NCBI GenBank assembly: GCA_964618695.1
Contig: CAZUDX010000001.1
Span: forward strand, 268,886 to 332,885
Direction of reading: 5' to 3'
Length of the DNA stretch: 64,000 nt
Source of the DNA: an uncultured Candidatus Bathyarchaeia archaeon
GTDB lineage: Archaea > Thermoproteota > Bathyarchaeia > Bathyarchaeales > Bathyarchaeaceae
In this document: piece by piece, positions 36,933-45,544 of the stretch
Layout: each line of letters opens with the position of its first letter
Numbering within the stretch: the first letter of the stretch is position 1
Position numbers and translations under genes: made by a program
Notes under the pieces: generated by a model
Seen by the model: the letters and a program-made list of their open reading frames with translations, nothing else
What the model was told of the DNA's origin: nothing
The model's database searches: none

Positions 36933-38474
36933 TTGAAGATGGCTGAACCGTTAATTCCAAGTTACAAAAAACTGCTCGAAAAGATGAAAGACATAGTTAC
37001 TCTTCATTCAGCAGCCTCGATTCTCCACTGGGACATGGAAACGAAGATGCCCCCAAAGGGAATCGTGATGCGAAGCCTGCAGCTTGCTATGCTTAGTCGA
37101 ATAGGTCACAAAATGAGCACAGACCCGGAGATTGGACGTTTGCTGGAAGAAACCATAAAAAGTCCAGAATACAGCCGACTTGAATCTGTTCACAAAAGGA
37201 ATCTTTACCTGATAAAGAAGAATTATGAAGAGCAAACTAAGCTGCCCGAAGAACTTGTCGTCGAAACTTCGAAACAGCAAGCCATAACAATTGACACTTG
37301 GAAGAAAGCGAAAGCCGCCAAAAATTTTCTCAAATTCAAGCCTGAACTTGAGAAACTCTTTAACTTGAGGAAGAAGGCAGCTGAAATCTTGATGGAAGTC
37401 AAGGAGACCACTACGCCATACGATGCGTTGATAGATGTTTTCGAACCAAAAATGACCTCCAAATCAATCAGCAACGTTTTCAAAGAACTGAAAGAAGGTC
37501 TAATCTCTGTATTACGGAAATGCGAGGCATCAACGAAACAGCCGGACACATCAATCCTCGACTGCCGAGTCCCAATCGAAACGCAACAGAAAATTGGCAA
37601 ATTAATCGCTGAATTCATTGGATACGACACCGAATCAAAGGAGTCTGGAGGCAGAATTGACGAGACAGAGCACCCCTTCACAACAGGATACTACGATGAC
37701 GTGCGAATCACAACACACTATTATCCAAACAGATTCGCTTCTTCCATCTTCTCCATTTTACATGAAGGGGGACATGCCCTCTACGAACAAAACCTGAAAC
37801 CAGAATGGATATTCCAGCCAGTGGGAGACGCGTGTTCAATGGGGTTCCACGAATCCCAGTCCCGCTTCGTAGAAAACATAGTGGGAAGGTCACGAGAATT
37901 CTGGACCTATTTCTTGCCCAAATTGAAAAAGCTAACTGGCGGAGTCCTTTCCGACGTGAATCTGGATGATTTTGTCCACGCTGTTAACCACGTTATGCCG
38001 TCAAAGATTCGTGTTGAAGCAGACGAAGTAACCTACGGGTTGCACGTTATCATAAGATTCAACCTTGAAAGAGACCTTTTCGCAGGTAAAATAGTGGTGG
38101 ATGAGCTTCCACAGGTTTGGAACGAAAGTTACAGGGAGTTTTTGGGTGTGGAGGTTGAAGATGACTCTGAGGGTGTGATGCAAGATACCCATTGGGCTAG
38201 TGGATTATACGGTTACTTTCCAAGCTACGCATTGGGCAATATCTATAGCGGGCAGATATTAGCAAGTATGGAAAAAGAACTTCCGAAGTGGAAAAACCAA
38301 ATCTCTGAAGGCAACTTCAAAAACGTGAAACAATGGCTGGTCAAAAACGTTCACAGCTATGGAGACCTATACGACCCCCCAGAACTCATAAAAAATATCG
38401 CTGGAAAAGAACTATCCGTAGACCCATACATTAACTACTTACACGAGAAATATTCCAAACTTTACGAATTCTAG
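36933..38474 (+). CDS. Carboxypeptidase, M32 family (Taq-like metallocarboxypeptidase)
   Basis: 513-aa ORF with the HEGGHALYE zinc motif, HESQSRF, and DTHWA...GYFPSY. Confidence 0.9.
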   Translation: MKMAEPLIPSYKKLLEKMKDIVTLHSAASILHWDMETKMPPKGIVMRSLQLAMLSRIGHKMSTDPEIGRLLEETIKSPEYSRLESVHKRNLYLIKKNYEEQTKLPEELVVETSKQQAITIDTWKKAKAAKNFLKFKPELEKLFNLRKKAAEILMEVKETTTPYDALIDVFEPKMTSKSISNVFKELKEGLISVLRKCEASTKQPDTSILDCRVPIETQQKIGKLIAEFIGYDTESKESGGRIDETEHPFTTGYYDDVRITTHYYPNRFASSIFSILHEGGHALYEQNLKPEWIFQPVGDACSMGFHESQSRFVENIVGRSREFWTYFLPKLKKLTGGVLSDVNLDDFVHAVNHVMPSKIRVEADEVTYGLHVIIRFNLERDLFAGKIVVDELPQVWNESYREFLGVEVEDDSEGVMQDTHWASGLYGYFPSYALGNIYSGQILASMEKELPKWKNQISEGNFKNVKQWLVKNVHSYGDLYDPPELIKNIAGKELSVDPYINYLHEKYSKLYEF

Positions 38475-38631
38475 GCGAAGACGCCATTCGAGATGCTGTT
38501 TTTTGTGCGGGATGTCCTACCTGACCAGTTGATTAATCAAACTTTGAGAAGTAGTGAAATTTAGCCGATTCACAATAAGGTTTAAAAGAGATTTCCTGAA
38601 TAAAAGCTGTAAATTCGTTGGAGGACCTGAA

Positions 38632-38904
38632 ATGGTTGAATTTCCAGAGGAAGTTGTAAAGAAAGCGTTTGGCGCTGCAGACGGTAGATGCGAATGCTTG
38701 CTTGTAGAACATGGACATAAATACAATTCTATGTGCATGAGAGTACTCGATTGGACTAAACGAGGGCAGTCTTTCATTGCGGCTGATGGGCAAAAAGGCT
38801 GGGAAGCACATTGGATAGTAAGCCCAGAAAAAGGCGGGAAACCTACACAAGAAAACTGTGAGATACTCTGCTGGGACTGCTACACCAAAAAGAACAAACG
38901 CTAA
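38632..38904 (+). CDS. Small Cys/His-rich protein, HNH-nuclease-like
   Basis: I prefer the ATG at 38632, preceded by GGAGG. RCECLLVEHGH...GWEAHWIVSPEKGGKPTQENCEILCWDCY resembles an HNH/His-Me finger in which Tyr replaces the last His. Confidence 0.45.
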   Translation: MVEFPEEVVKKAFGAADGRCECLLVEHGHKYNSMCMRVLDWTKRGQSFIAADGQKGWEAHWIVSPEKGGKPTQENCEILCWDCYTKKNKR

Positions 38905-39118
38905 ACAATTGCGGCTCTCTTTTTCATTAATTGAATTCGTACAAATATTTTCTAAAACACAGAAGGTCTTGCAAAAACACCGCAGGTTGTTTTTTTCCTC
39001 ATTTTTACGGTTATATTTTGAATTGAGGATTGTGTGAACTTTTTAAGTTTAGTGAGACAATAGTTAGTAGTGTAGTTTCTAGGCTGAAAACACTTGATGA
39101 TGAGCTGGAGGTGAAATT

Positions 39119-39409
39119 GTGGATAAATTTGAGCAAGTTATGCAGATGATGTCTCAGATGACAGAGGAAGAGCGAATGAAGACAGTCGAATCCAACAAAA
39201 CTCTTTGCATCTGTCCTGACTGCCCCACATACAATGAATGCGCACAAGAAAAAGGCGAAATATTCTACTGTGCAATGGGTAAAAGCCCAACATGCATCAC
39301 CAAAGGATTAGGATGCATATGCCCGACCTGTCCAATAACGGAAAAGATGGGTCTCACTCACGATTATTTCTGCACAAAAGGAACAGAAAAAGAACAAAGA
39401 GAAATGTAA
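39119..39409 (+). CDS. DUF2769-like cysteine-rich protein
   Basis: 96-aa ORF with a GTG start after GGAGGTGA. It has the repeated pattern CICPDCPTYNEC ... CICPTCPI. Confidence 0.65.
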   Translation: MDKFEQVMQMMSQMTEEERMKTVESNKTLCICPDCPTYNECAQEKGEIFYCAMGKSPTCITKGLGCICPTCPITEKMGLTHDYFCTKGTEKEQREM

Positions 39410-39441
39410 AACAAAAAAAGGCGTGCTTCTCTTCCAGCAAT

Positions 39442-41445
39442 CTATTTCATTTTACCTCTGCCCAAGGGGATGAAACGCTGTATCTCCTCTAGGGGAATCT
39501 CTACAATTCTTTCTTTCATAGATTCAGAAACTTTTTTGGACAACTGATGCCGTATCTTTTTAGCAAGCTGACTGCTCTTCTGCTCTCCCGGAACAATCTC
39601 CACATAAACATCCGTCTGACAGGCGATAGCGTCCACCGGACCCCCAACCACCATAGTTTCTTCCTCATCAGTTATAGCTCCAACGGCGACCTGCAAAGAG
39701 ACACCACGAACAAAATTTTTTGATCCACGAATCATAAAGGAGCCTTTCTTGAGGAACTGCCCAGAGGGAGGAGATTTACTCACCTGAGCTGGATTCACCC
39801 AATAAACATTCACTGCACTCAACATCTCTCTCCAAGCTCGGGAGTAGGAGGCTGCGAGCTGTGCTGCTTCTTGGATAGTTCGTTCTGGTGGAGTTTTTCC
39901 CTCTGTCTTGATCAGAACGAAGGGTGCTCCCAATATTTCGGCGTGGAAAACAAGGTCTTTGGGTTCCATGTGCCGTTTGATGAGAATCTCGTTTGTGGTG
40001 GCGTCTCTGCCTCCTATCACGAGGAAACCGTCAGAGGAACGGAACCACCTGAACTTCTCAAACCACTCCCTTTTTTTCCGCTTGGCTAAGGGTCGATGTG
40101 TTGCTTTCACCAATCCAACCTTTTTTTCAAGTTCTTTGATCTTGGCTCTAGTCTCATGAAGGGTCTTCTCGGCGCCCTTGAGCTTCTTTTCAGCTTTCTT
40201 AGACCGCGAGTAATATTTGTTCGCGTTGGCTTGGATGGAATGGCGGAGGTTAAGCGAAAAAACTTGGTTTTCCACAGAAACATGAAGAACCTGATTTTTA
40301 GGTTCTAGCGAGTGGAAGTAAACCTCGGGAAGCTGATTGGTTCTCTTTCCCTCTTCGACGAGCGCGATTATTTCTTCCCAAGATTTGCCGCTGTTTTTCT
40401 TTTCCATAATCTTTTGGAGGAGAGATTGAAGCTCCCCAAAGTGCAGGTAAATCAGGTCTCCAATAGTCTTGTTTTTTACAATCGGTTCCTTCAAACTCTC
40501 CAAAGCTTTCTCTTGTCTCTGAAGAATCCGCTTGTGTCTAGCGACTTCGTCCTCAACTTCTTCGGTGGTCTCACTCTCCATCTCTTCAGAGGTCATCTTA
40601 GCGTAGTAGTCATCAAGGGCTTTGTTGAAGTTTTCATACTTTTCTTGACCGAATTTAACATGCTTTTTCAGCGGCACTGGAGTTACGTCAATCCACCTGT
40701 CATCTTCGCCAAATACGATACGAGGTTGCAGAGTTCCTGAGGCGATAAGGGAAAGAAGCATTTGGAGCTGGGTAAAGATGCTTTCAAGTTCCTGTTCTAT
40801 GAGAGATACACAGTCAGTTTTTTTGTCAACTTCTGCGCGGAGAAGGATTTCTTCGGCGTAAGTTCCGCTGATGCTCAAGAAATTAGTTAGAGCCCTCACT
40901 ATTTCAGTTTGCCCAAGCTCTTTTATTTCCATGAAATCTTCCAAGTTCATGTTGAGAGGGTTCCTACCTCTTGCAGGTGGATGCTGAAAGATTTCGCCAC
41001 GCAGAATGTTTCTGTCCCGCATTCTCTTATAGGTCATAGCCTGCAGAATCTTGCTTTCCGGATCAACCAAGATGACGTTTCCTCCACCGAAAAGCTCTGA
41101 AACCAACCGAAAGTCGCCTTGTCGCGTCCTAATTTCCACTATTGCTATCCGTTCGAATTCATGTTGCCGAACCTCTTTAACCACGCCGTTATTGAGATAT
41201 TTTCTGAGTGCCATGCAGAACGAAGAAGGCTTTTTTGGAGTCTCATGCACGTAGGAGGTTAGATGGAGCCGTTTTCCAGCTTCAATCAGCAGATGGAGTC
41301 GAGGCTGGTCTGGTTTCCGAAGCTTAAAGAGCAATGTGCGGGAGCCAATCTGATAAATTTTGGAGACATGCGCACCTTCAACTAATCCGTTAATTTCTTG
41401 GGTGACTGCAGCTACATCGAAGCTCGTCATTACTTCCTTCAACAT
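39442..41445 (-). CDS. NFACT-family ribosome quality control protein (Rqc2/FbpA homologue)
   Basis: N-terminal NFACT-N region (FDVAAVTQEINGL...SKIYQ), a long coiled coil, and NFACT-R/DUF814 (FRWFRSSDGFLVIGGRDATTNEILIKRH...DLVFHAEILGAPFVLIK). The start is probably MLKEV (41445). The track ORF extends to 41532. Confidence 0.85.
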   Translation of the reverse strand: MLKEVMTSFDVAAVTQEINGLVEGAHVSKIYQIGSRTLLFKLRKPDQPRLHLLIEAGKRLHLTSYVHETPKKPSSFCMALRKYLNNGVVKEVRQHEFERIAIVEIRTRQGDFRLVSELFGGGNVILVDPESKILQAMTYKRMRDRNILRGEIFQHPPARGRNPLNMNLEDFMEIKELGQTEIVRALTNFLSISGTYAEEILLRAEVDKKTDCVSLIEQELESIFTQLQMLLSLIASGTLQPRIVFGEDDRWIDVTPVPLKKHVKFGQEKYENFNKALDDYYAKMTSEEMESETTEEVEDEVARHKRILQRQEKALESLKEPIVKNKTIGDLIYLHFGELQSLLQKIMEKKNSGKSWEEIIALVEEGKRTNQLPEVYFHSLEPKNQVLHVSVENQVFSLNLRHSIQANANKYYSRSKKAEKKLKGAEKTLHETRAKIKELEKKVGLVKATHRPLAKRKKREWFEKFRWFRSSDGFLVIGGRDATTNEILIKRHMEPKDLVFHAEILGAPFVLIKTEGKTPPERTIQEAAQLAASYSRAWREMLSAVNVYWVNPAQVSKSPPSGQFLKKGSFMIRGSKNFVRGVSLQVAVGAITDEEETMVVGGPVDAIACQTDVYVEIVPGEQKSSQLAKKIRHQLSKKVSESMKERIVEIPLEEIQRFIPLGRGKMK

Positions 41446-41621
41446 CTTCCCCTCAACGGACACGAAACAAACTTTCCAACATAAATGGAGAGAACCTCGT
41501 TCATATTCCTTTTCCGTTACATACAACCGCAAAAAGGTGCCGTTTTAGCCCACGGAAGGGCATACAAAGAATTTCATAAAAGATTTTATCATTCAATGAA
41601 TATTAGTATTAATGAGACAGC

Positions 41622-42785
41622 ATGAAACTTATGTGGCCAATTCTCATAATTATCCTGCTACTTTCCGCCATTAGTTTACCCATTATCTATAACGCGCACA
41701 TCAAAGCTAATGCTGAGGATGATTTCTTTTTCGGCGTCTCCTTTGGGGGAAAAACAGCCAGCCAAGCAAAGCTTCTGATTGATAAGGTTAAGGGGTACAC
41801 AAATTTTTTTCTCATAAACAGTTGGGACATAGCCATTAACGAGACGGCTCTGAATGAAGTCAGCGAATACGCAGTAGACGCAGACTTGCATTTTATGGTG
41901 TTCTTCGATTTTATCTCCCGCGTTGTGTACCCGTGGCATCAAACATGGTTGGATACTGCAAAGGATAGATTTGGAGACAAATTCTTAGGGATTTACATCT
42001 ACGATGAACCCGGAGGAAAACAAATCGAGACTGGACAATGGGATGAGGGAGAATGGCTGAAGTCTGTATTCATGAACGTGTCAGACTACAGTGAAGCAGC
42101 AGAAGCATTTGTTTCCACTATGCCTCAAAGCAACAGTTGGGTTGATTTGCAGAGCAGAAATATAGCGATGTTCACTTCAGATTTTGCTCTTTACTGGTTC
42201 GATTATCTGGCAGGATATAACACTATCTTCGTTGAGCTAGGATGGAACCACAACCGAACCCAACACATAGGCCTAAACAGGGGAGCCGCAAATGTGCAAG
42301 AAAAAGATTGGGGAGCCATCATCGTGTGGAATGCAAGGGACCCAGAAGACGACGAGAGAGGAATCTACAAGACTGGACCCGAAATGCTTGAAGACATGAA
42401 AGTAGCCTACCAAGCGGGAGCAAAATACGTAATCGTGTTCAACTATCCTTACGATCAAACTTTTGGCATATTGGAAGATGAACACTTCGAGGCAATGGAG
42501 ACATTCTGGAATCTTACACAATCACCACAAGATTCTCTGGAAAAAGTGAAGGCGGAAGTAGCTTTTGTTCTCCCCAAAGATTACGGTTGGGGCATGCGAT
42601 GGCCAGAAGATAGAATTTGGAAACCAGAATGGGGTCCCGATAACAGTTCTCTGCTGATTTGGGAAAACATGAACAAACTGATCGAAAGATACGGTCTCAG
42701 GCTGGATATAATCTATAATGACACGAGATTCGATTTCACGGAGAAATACTTGGAAATCTATTACTGGAACAGCCAAATCCCCTGA
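41622..42785 (+). CDS. Exported/anchored protein with a glycoside-hydrolase-like (TIM-barrel-like) domain, paralogous to the N-terminal domain of the 1223-aa protein
   Basis: 387-aa ORF with N-terminal signal/anchor MKLMWPILIIILLLSAISLPII. FLGIYIYDEPGGKQIE and QAGAKYVIVFNYP parallel LLGIIVQEITGKQVDI and FYGAKYFFFEQG in the protein at 53068..56739. Confidence 0.5.
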   Translation: MKLMWPILIIILLLSAISLPIIYNAHIKANAEDDFFFGVSFGGKTASQAKLLIDKVKGYTNFFLINSWDIAINETALNEVSEYAVDADLHFMVFFDFISRVVYPWHQTWLDTAKDRFGDKFLGIYIYDEPGGKQIETGQWDEGEWLKSVFMNVSDYSEAAEAFVSTMPQSNSWVDLQSRNIAMFTSDFALYWFDYLAGYNTIFVELGWNHNRTQHIGLNRGAANVQEKDWGAIIVWNARDPEDDERGIYKTGPEMLEDMKVAYQAGAKYVIVFNYPYDQTFGILEDEHFEAMETFWNLTQSPQDSLEKVKAEVAFVLPKDYGWGMRWPEDRIWKPEWGPDNSSLLIWENMNKLIERYGLRLDIIYNDTRFDFTEKYLEIYYWNSQIP

Positions 42786-42860
42786 CAAAAACTATTTAGG
42801 AAACGAAAATAACTAAAGCAACATCACCTATCACTGAAAACCGTAAACGATCTGCAAGGG

Positions 42861-43406
42861 ATGAAAATGAAACCTCTTAAACTCATTTATTGGATTCGAG
42901 TCGTATTAGGCGTCGTTGCCGCCCTGATAACTACTCTTGTGATAGACCTCAAGGTAGGCGACCCCCTCATAAGCGGCATTTCCATCGGAATAATCTTCTA
43001 CATCATCACCTATTACATTCTTAAATGGCAGTTCCTGAATAAGGTAGAAAAGCCGCCCAAGATTTTCACAATGGGAATAGGCGCTTACTTTCTCGCATTC
43101 ATTCTATGCTGGACACTATTTATCACACCCTTTCTAACGCCCCCCACTGCTACTTTCACTATGACTCCAAACGAAAACCTCGAGGTTGGACAAAGCATAC
43201 TCTTTGACGCAAGCGCCAGCATTGATCCTGACGGAACAATAGTCAAGTATGTTTGGTATTTCGGAGACGACAACAAAGGAACCGGAGAGACAATCAATCA
43301 CACCTATGCCTCAGCTGGAGATTATATCGTTACACTTAGAATCAAAGATAATCAAGGAATAGGCAACGGAACTGAAAAGACTATTACAGTGAGCCCTGCA
43401 CCTTAG
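42861..43406 (+). CDS. Membrane protein (3 TM) with a C-terminal PKD domain
   Basis: 181-aa ORF. FDASASIDPDGTIVKYVWYFGDD...HTYASAGDYIVTLRIKDNQG is a PKD domain signature. Confidence 0.75.
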   Translation: MKMKPLKLIYWIRVVLGVVAALITTLVIDLKVGDPLISGISIGIIFYIITYYILKWQFLNKVEKPPKIFTMGIGAYFLAFILCWTLFITPFLTPPTATFTMTPNENLEVGQSILFDASASIDPDGTIVKYVWYFGDDNKGTGETINHTYASAGDYIVTLRIKDNQGIGNGTEKTITVSPAP

Positions 43407-43572
43407 TGGCAAACATTTCACTATTTCTTTCATACGGATGAGGACAGAAAAGCTAGGAGAACTGTAGGTCTAGAAAACGAAAAAATTTTGTTTTCAACAA
43501 TCTGCTGTTATTAGTCCCCTAATAGAAGCAATATTTGCTTCAGGTGTGTACCCTGTTGTTTGTGGGTGCACG

Positions 43573-44073
43573 TTACTTCATTGTTAGATACCATAGCACG
43601 ACTAGGGCTAGACATGTGAATAGGTCGGGCAACATAGCGAATGGCCCAAGGCCAATTCCTCGGAAACCAAAGATGCTTTGCATCAGCGGATTTGAGACAA
43701 GAGCGTAGAGAAGTAAAACCATTGAAAATATTATCAGTCCGATTGTGAATTCTGACTTTAGTTTTTTGTATATATCCACATATGTGATCAATAGAAAGAC
43801 TAACAGTGTAGCGTTGATTGTGGAAAGCACTGTTTTAGCGGTGTAGTACAATTCTATGTCTCCGCTGTTGAACCACTCTTGGTCCCAATCGCCATTATTA
43901 AATGGGGGTGGAAGAGGGTGCCTAGGTTCCCAAATTGGGGTTGGAGTATTGGTGGCGGCCCAGTAAGCTGAGAGCAGAGTCACCACTGCCAAAACCGTAA
44001 GCATTAACAAGACTTTCACTTTTCTATTCATAATAAGGTTCACTTCTTTTCCTCCCTTTTTTGCTTTTTCCAT
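43573..44073 (-). CDS. Integral membrane protein paired with the upstream wHTH regulator
   Basis: 166-aa ORF with 3-4 TM helices. Overlaps the regulator gene. An alternative start is MNRKV at 44031. Confidence 0.55.
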   Translation of the reverse strand: MEKAKKGGKEVNLIMNRKVKVLLMLTVLAVVTLLSAYWAATNTPTPIWEPRHPLPPPFNNGDWDQEWFNSGDIELYYTAKTVLSTINATLLVFLLITYVDIYKKLKSEFTIGLIIFSMVLLLYALVSNPLMQSIFGFRGIGLGPFAMLPDLFTCLALVVLWYLTMK

Positions 44074-44363
44074 AATTTGTTCATAATCTCCTCGAATAAA
44101 CCGTAATTTTCTTCCATATCTGGAGACAGGAAGTAGGTGGTGCCATACCCGTTTCCGGCGGATGTGATTATTCTGTTCTTCTGTAAGATTTTGAGATGAT
44201 GCCGTATCGTTCTGTAATCCATTTCAAGGCTGTTCGCCAATTGGTTTGCGTTTTGCGGGTTTTCTCGTAAAGTCTCGATTATTTTTGCACGAGTTACTCC
44301 GCCCCTAGTTCCAGCAATAAGCCAACCAAGCAAATATTTCAATTGACGAACGCGAACAGACAT
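44040..44363 (-). CDS. ArsR-type winged-helix transcriptional regulator
   Basis: 107-aa ORF. GGVTRAKIIETLRENPQNANQLANSLEMDYRTIRHHLKILQKNRIITS is an ArsR/SmtB-like HTH. Confidence 0.75.
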   Translation of the reverse strand: MSVRVRQLKYLLGWLIAGTRGGVTRAKIIETLRENPQNANQLANSLEMDYRTIRHHLKILQKNRIITSAGNGYGTTYFLSPDMEENYGLFEEIMNKLWKKQKREEKK

Positions 44364-44493
44364 CCATACCGCTCCAAGGAAACAACGGGCTTAATTGAAA
44401 TATTTTGACGTTTGTAATAAATGTCCCTATGCGCCTGATTTGTTGCGTATTGTTTGGTTACCCGTGACTTGAAGCTGTTAATTCCTTAAGATT

Positions 44494-44540
44494 AGATTTG
44501 GGTATAATTTTGGCACAATTCTGAAAAATCGTTTAATTAT
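44494..44540 (+). promoter_or_regulatory. Promoter/operator motif, copy 1 (ATTTGGGTATAATTTTG ... AATTCTGAAAAATCGTTTAAT)
   Basis: The 17-mer ATTTGGGTATAATTTTG is identical to one at 45217-45233. The A/T-rich TATA-like elements lie 40-85 nt upstream of the 44581 start. Confidence 0.4.
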
Positions 44541-44580
44541 CCGCCTTCAAGGTAGAGGTTAACAATTGAAGTGGAGGTGA

Positions 44581-45153
44581 ATGGCTTTAATGAGAAAAAG
44601 TAAAGCTTACGTGTTGCTATCCGTAGTGGTTGCAGTTGCAGTTTTTGGTGTCTTAGTCTTTTCGGTCTCCGCATCTGAAGAAGTGACAACTGAGGATGAA
44701 GAAATTCCACTTCCACTCTTCTGTGGATTCCGTAACCATTGGCTCGATAGTTTAGACGACGACCAGCTTGCCACATTGAAACAGATGATTGAAGAAAATA
44801 GAGCAGAGGTTCAGAATCAACTAGAAGAATGGGGAGTCGAAATTCATGAACTGGACGATGAACAGCGTGAAATATTGAAAACAATGATTGAGGAAAACCA
44901 TGCTGAGGTTAAGGAACAGCTAGAAGCTTGGGGAGTAGAAATTCCTATGCCCCACGGTCCAATGGGTTGGCTAGACAGCCTTACGGATGAGCAAAAAGAA
45001 GAACTGGAAACAATGAGACAGGAATACCTAGATTCGGTTAAGGCTAAGCTGGAAGAATGGGGTGTTGAACCACCAGAAGTTCAAGGTCCACGACCAGGCG
45101 GTATGGGATTCCGTGGAGGAGGAGCTAGAGGTTTCGGCCTACTCGAACCATGA
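44581..45153 (+). CDS. Secreted/anchored repeat protein with LTXXQ-like motifs (CpxP/Spy-like) and a Gly-rich tail
   Basis: 190-aa ORF after GGAGGTGA, with an N-terminal hydrophobic helix. Three repeats follow L(D/T)D(D/E)Q..L(K/E).M..E....V...LE.WGVE. The C-terminal tail is RPGGMGFRGGGARGFG. Confidence 0.6.
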   Translation: MALMRKSKAYVLLSVVVAVAVFGVLVFSVSASEEVTTEDEEIPLPLFCGFRNHWLDSLDDDQLATLKQMIEENRAEVQNQLEEWGVEIHELDDEQREILKTMIEENHAEVKEQLEAWGVEIPMPHGPMGWLDSLTDEQKEELETMRQEYLDSVKAKLEEWGVEPPEVQGPRPGGMGFRGGGARGFGLLEP

Positions 45154-45214
45154 CCTAAACAAAAAAATCCGTGAAGAACCGAAGCCAGCCACCTTCCCTC
45201 TTTTTTGAATATGC

Positions 45215-45253
45215 TAATTTGGGTATAATTTTGAAAAAAAGTTTAATAGTTAT
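45215..45253 (+). promoter_or_regulatory. Promoter/operator motif, copy 2 (ATTTGGGTATAATTTTG ... AAAAAGTTTAAT)
   Basis: Same 17-mer as copy 1. It sits about 290 nt upstream of the ABC permease start with no convincing ORF after it. A third partial copy (AATTCTGAAAAA) is at 45482-45493. Confidence 0.35.
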
Positions 45254-45544
45254 AGTCTAGACAAGGATGCAGAGGTCTTGGGAAGCGTCCATGCTCGGTG
45301 ACGGCGTGGGGGTTAAACATTTTTCCCTACCAACGCTTCCTCAACGCCTCAACAAAAATAAACAATGTTTTTGACTGCTCCGCTAACCATCACACAGGTT
45401 CTGAAGGGTTGAGCAATAAAGCTGGAAGAACATTATTGCATTTGAAGGAAGCCATCAAGCAACTAGAATGGATTTTGGTCTAATTCTGAAAAACTCTTTT
45501 ATAACGTACGAGACGATGGCTCAAACTCAGAGTATGTTCAACAG

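Noticed and set aside
38517-38850. Two minus-strand ORFs (86 and 105 aa) opposite the HNH-like gene
   Set aside because: No motifs are present. The plus-strand frame has a GGAGG RBS at the right distance from the ATG at 38632 and a Cys/His pattern.
45298-45483. 61-aa plus-strand ORF in the long intergenic region before the ABC permease
   Set aside because: It has a GTG start without an RBS and an unremarkable composition. The region is better explained as a leader or ncRNA candidate (see findings).
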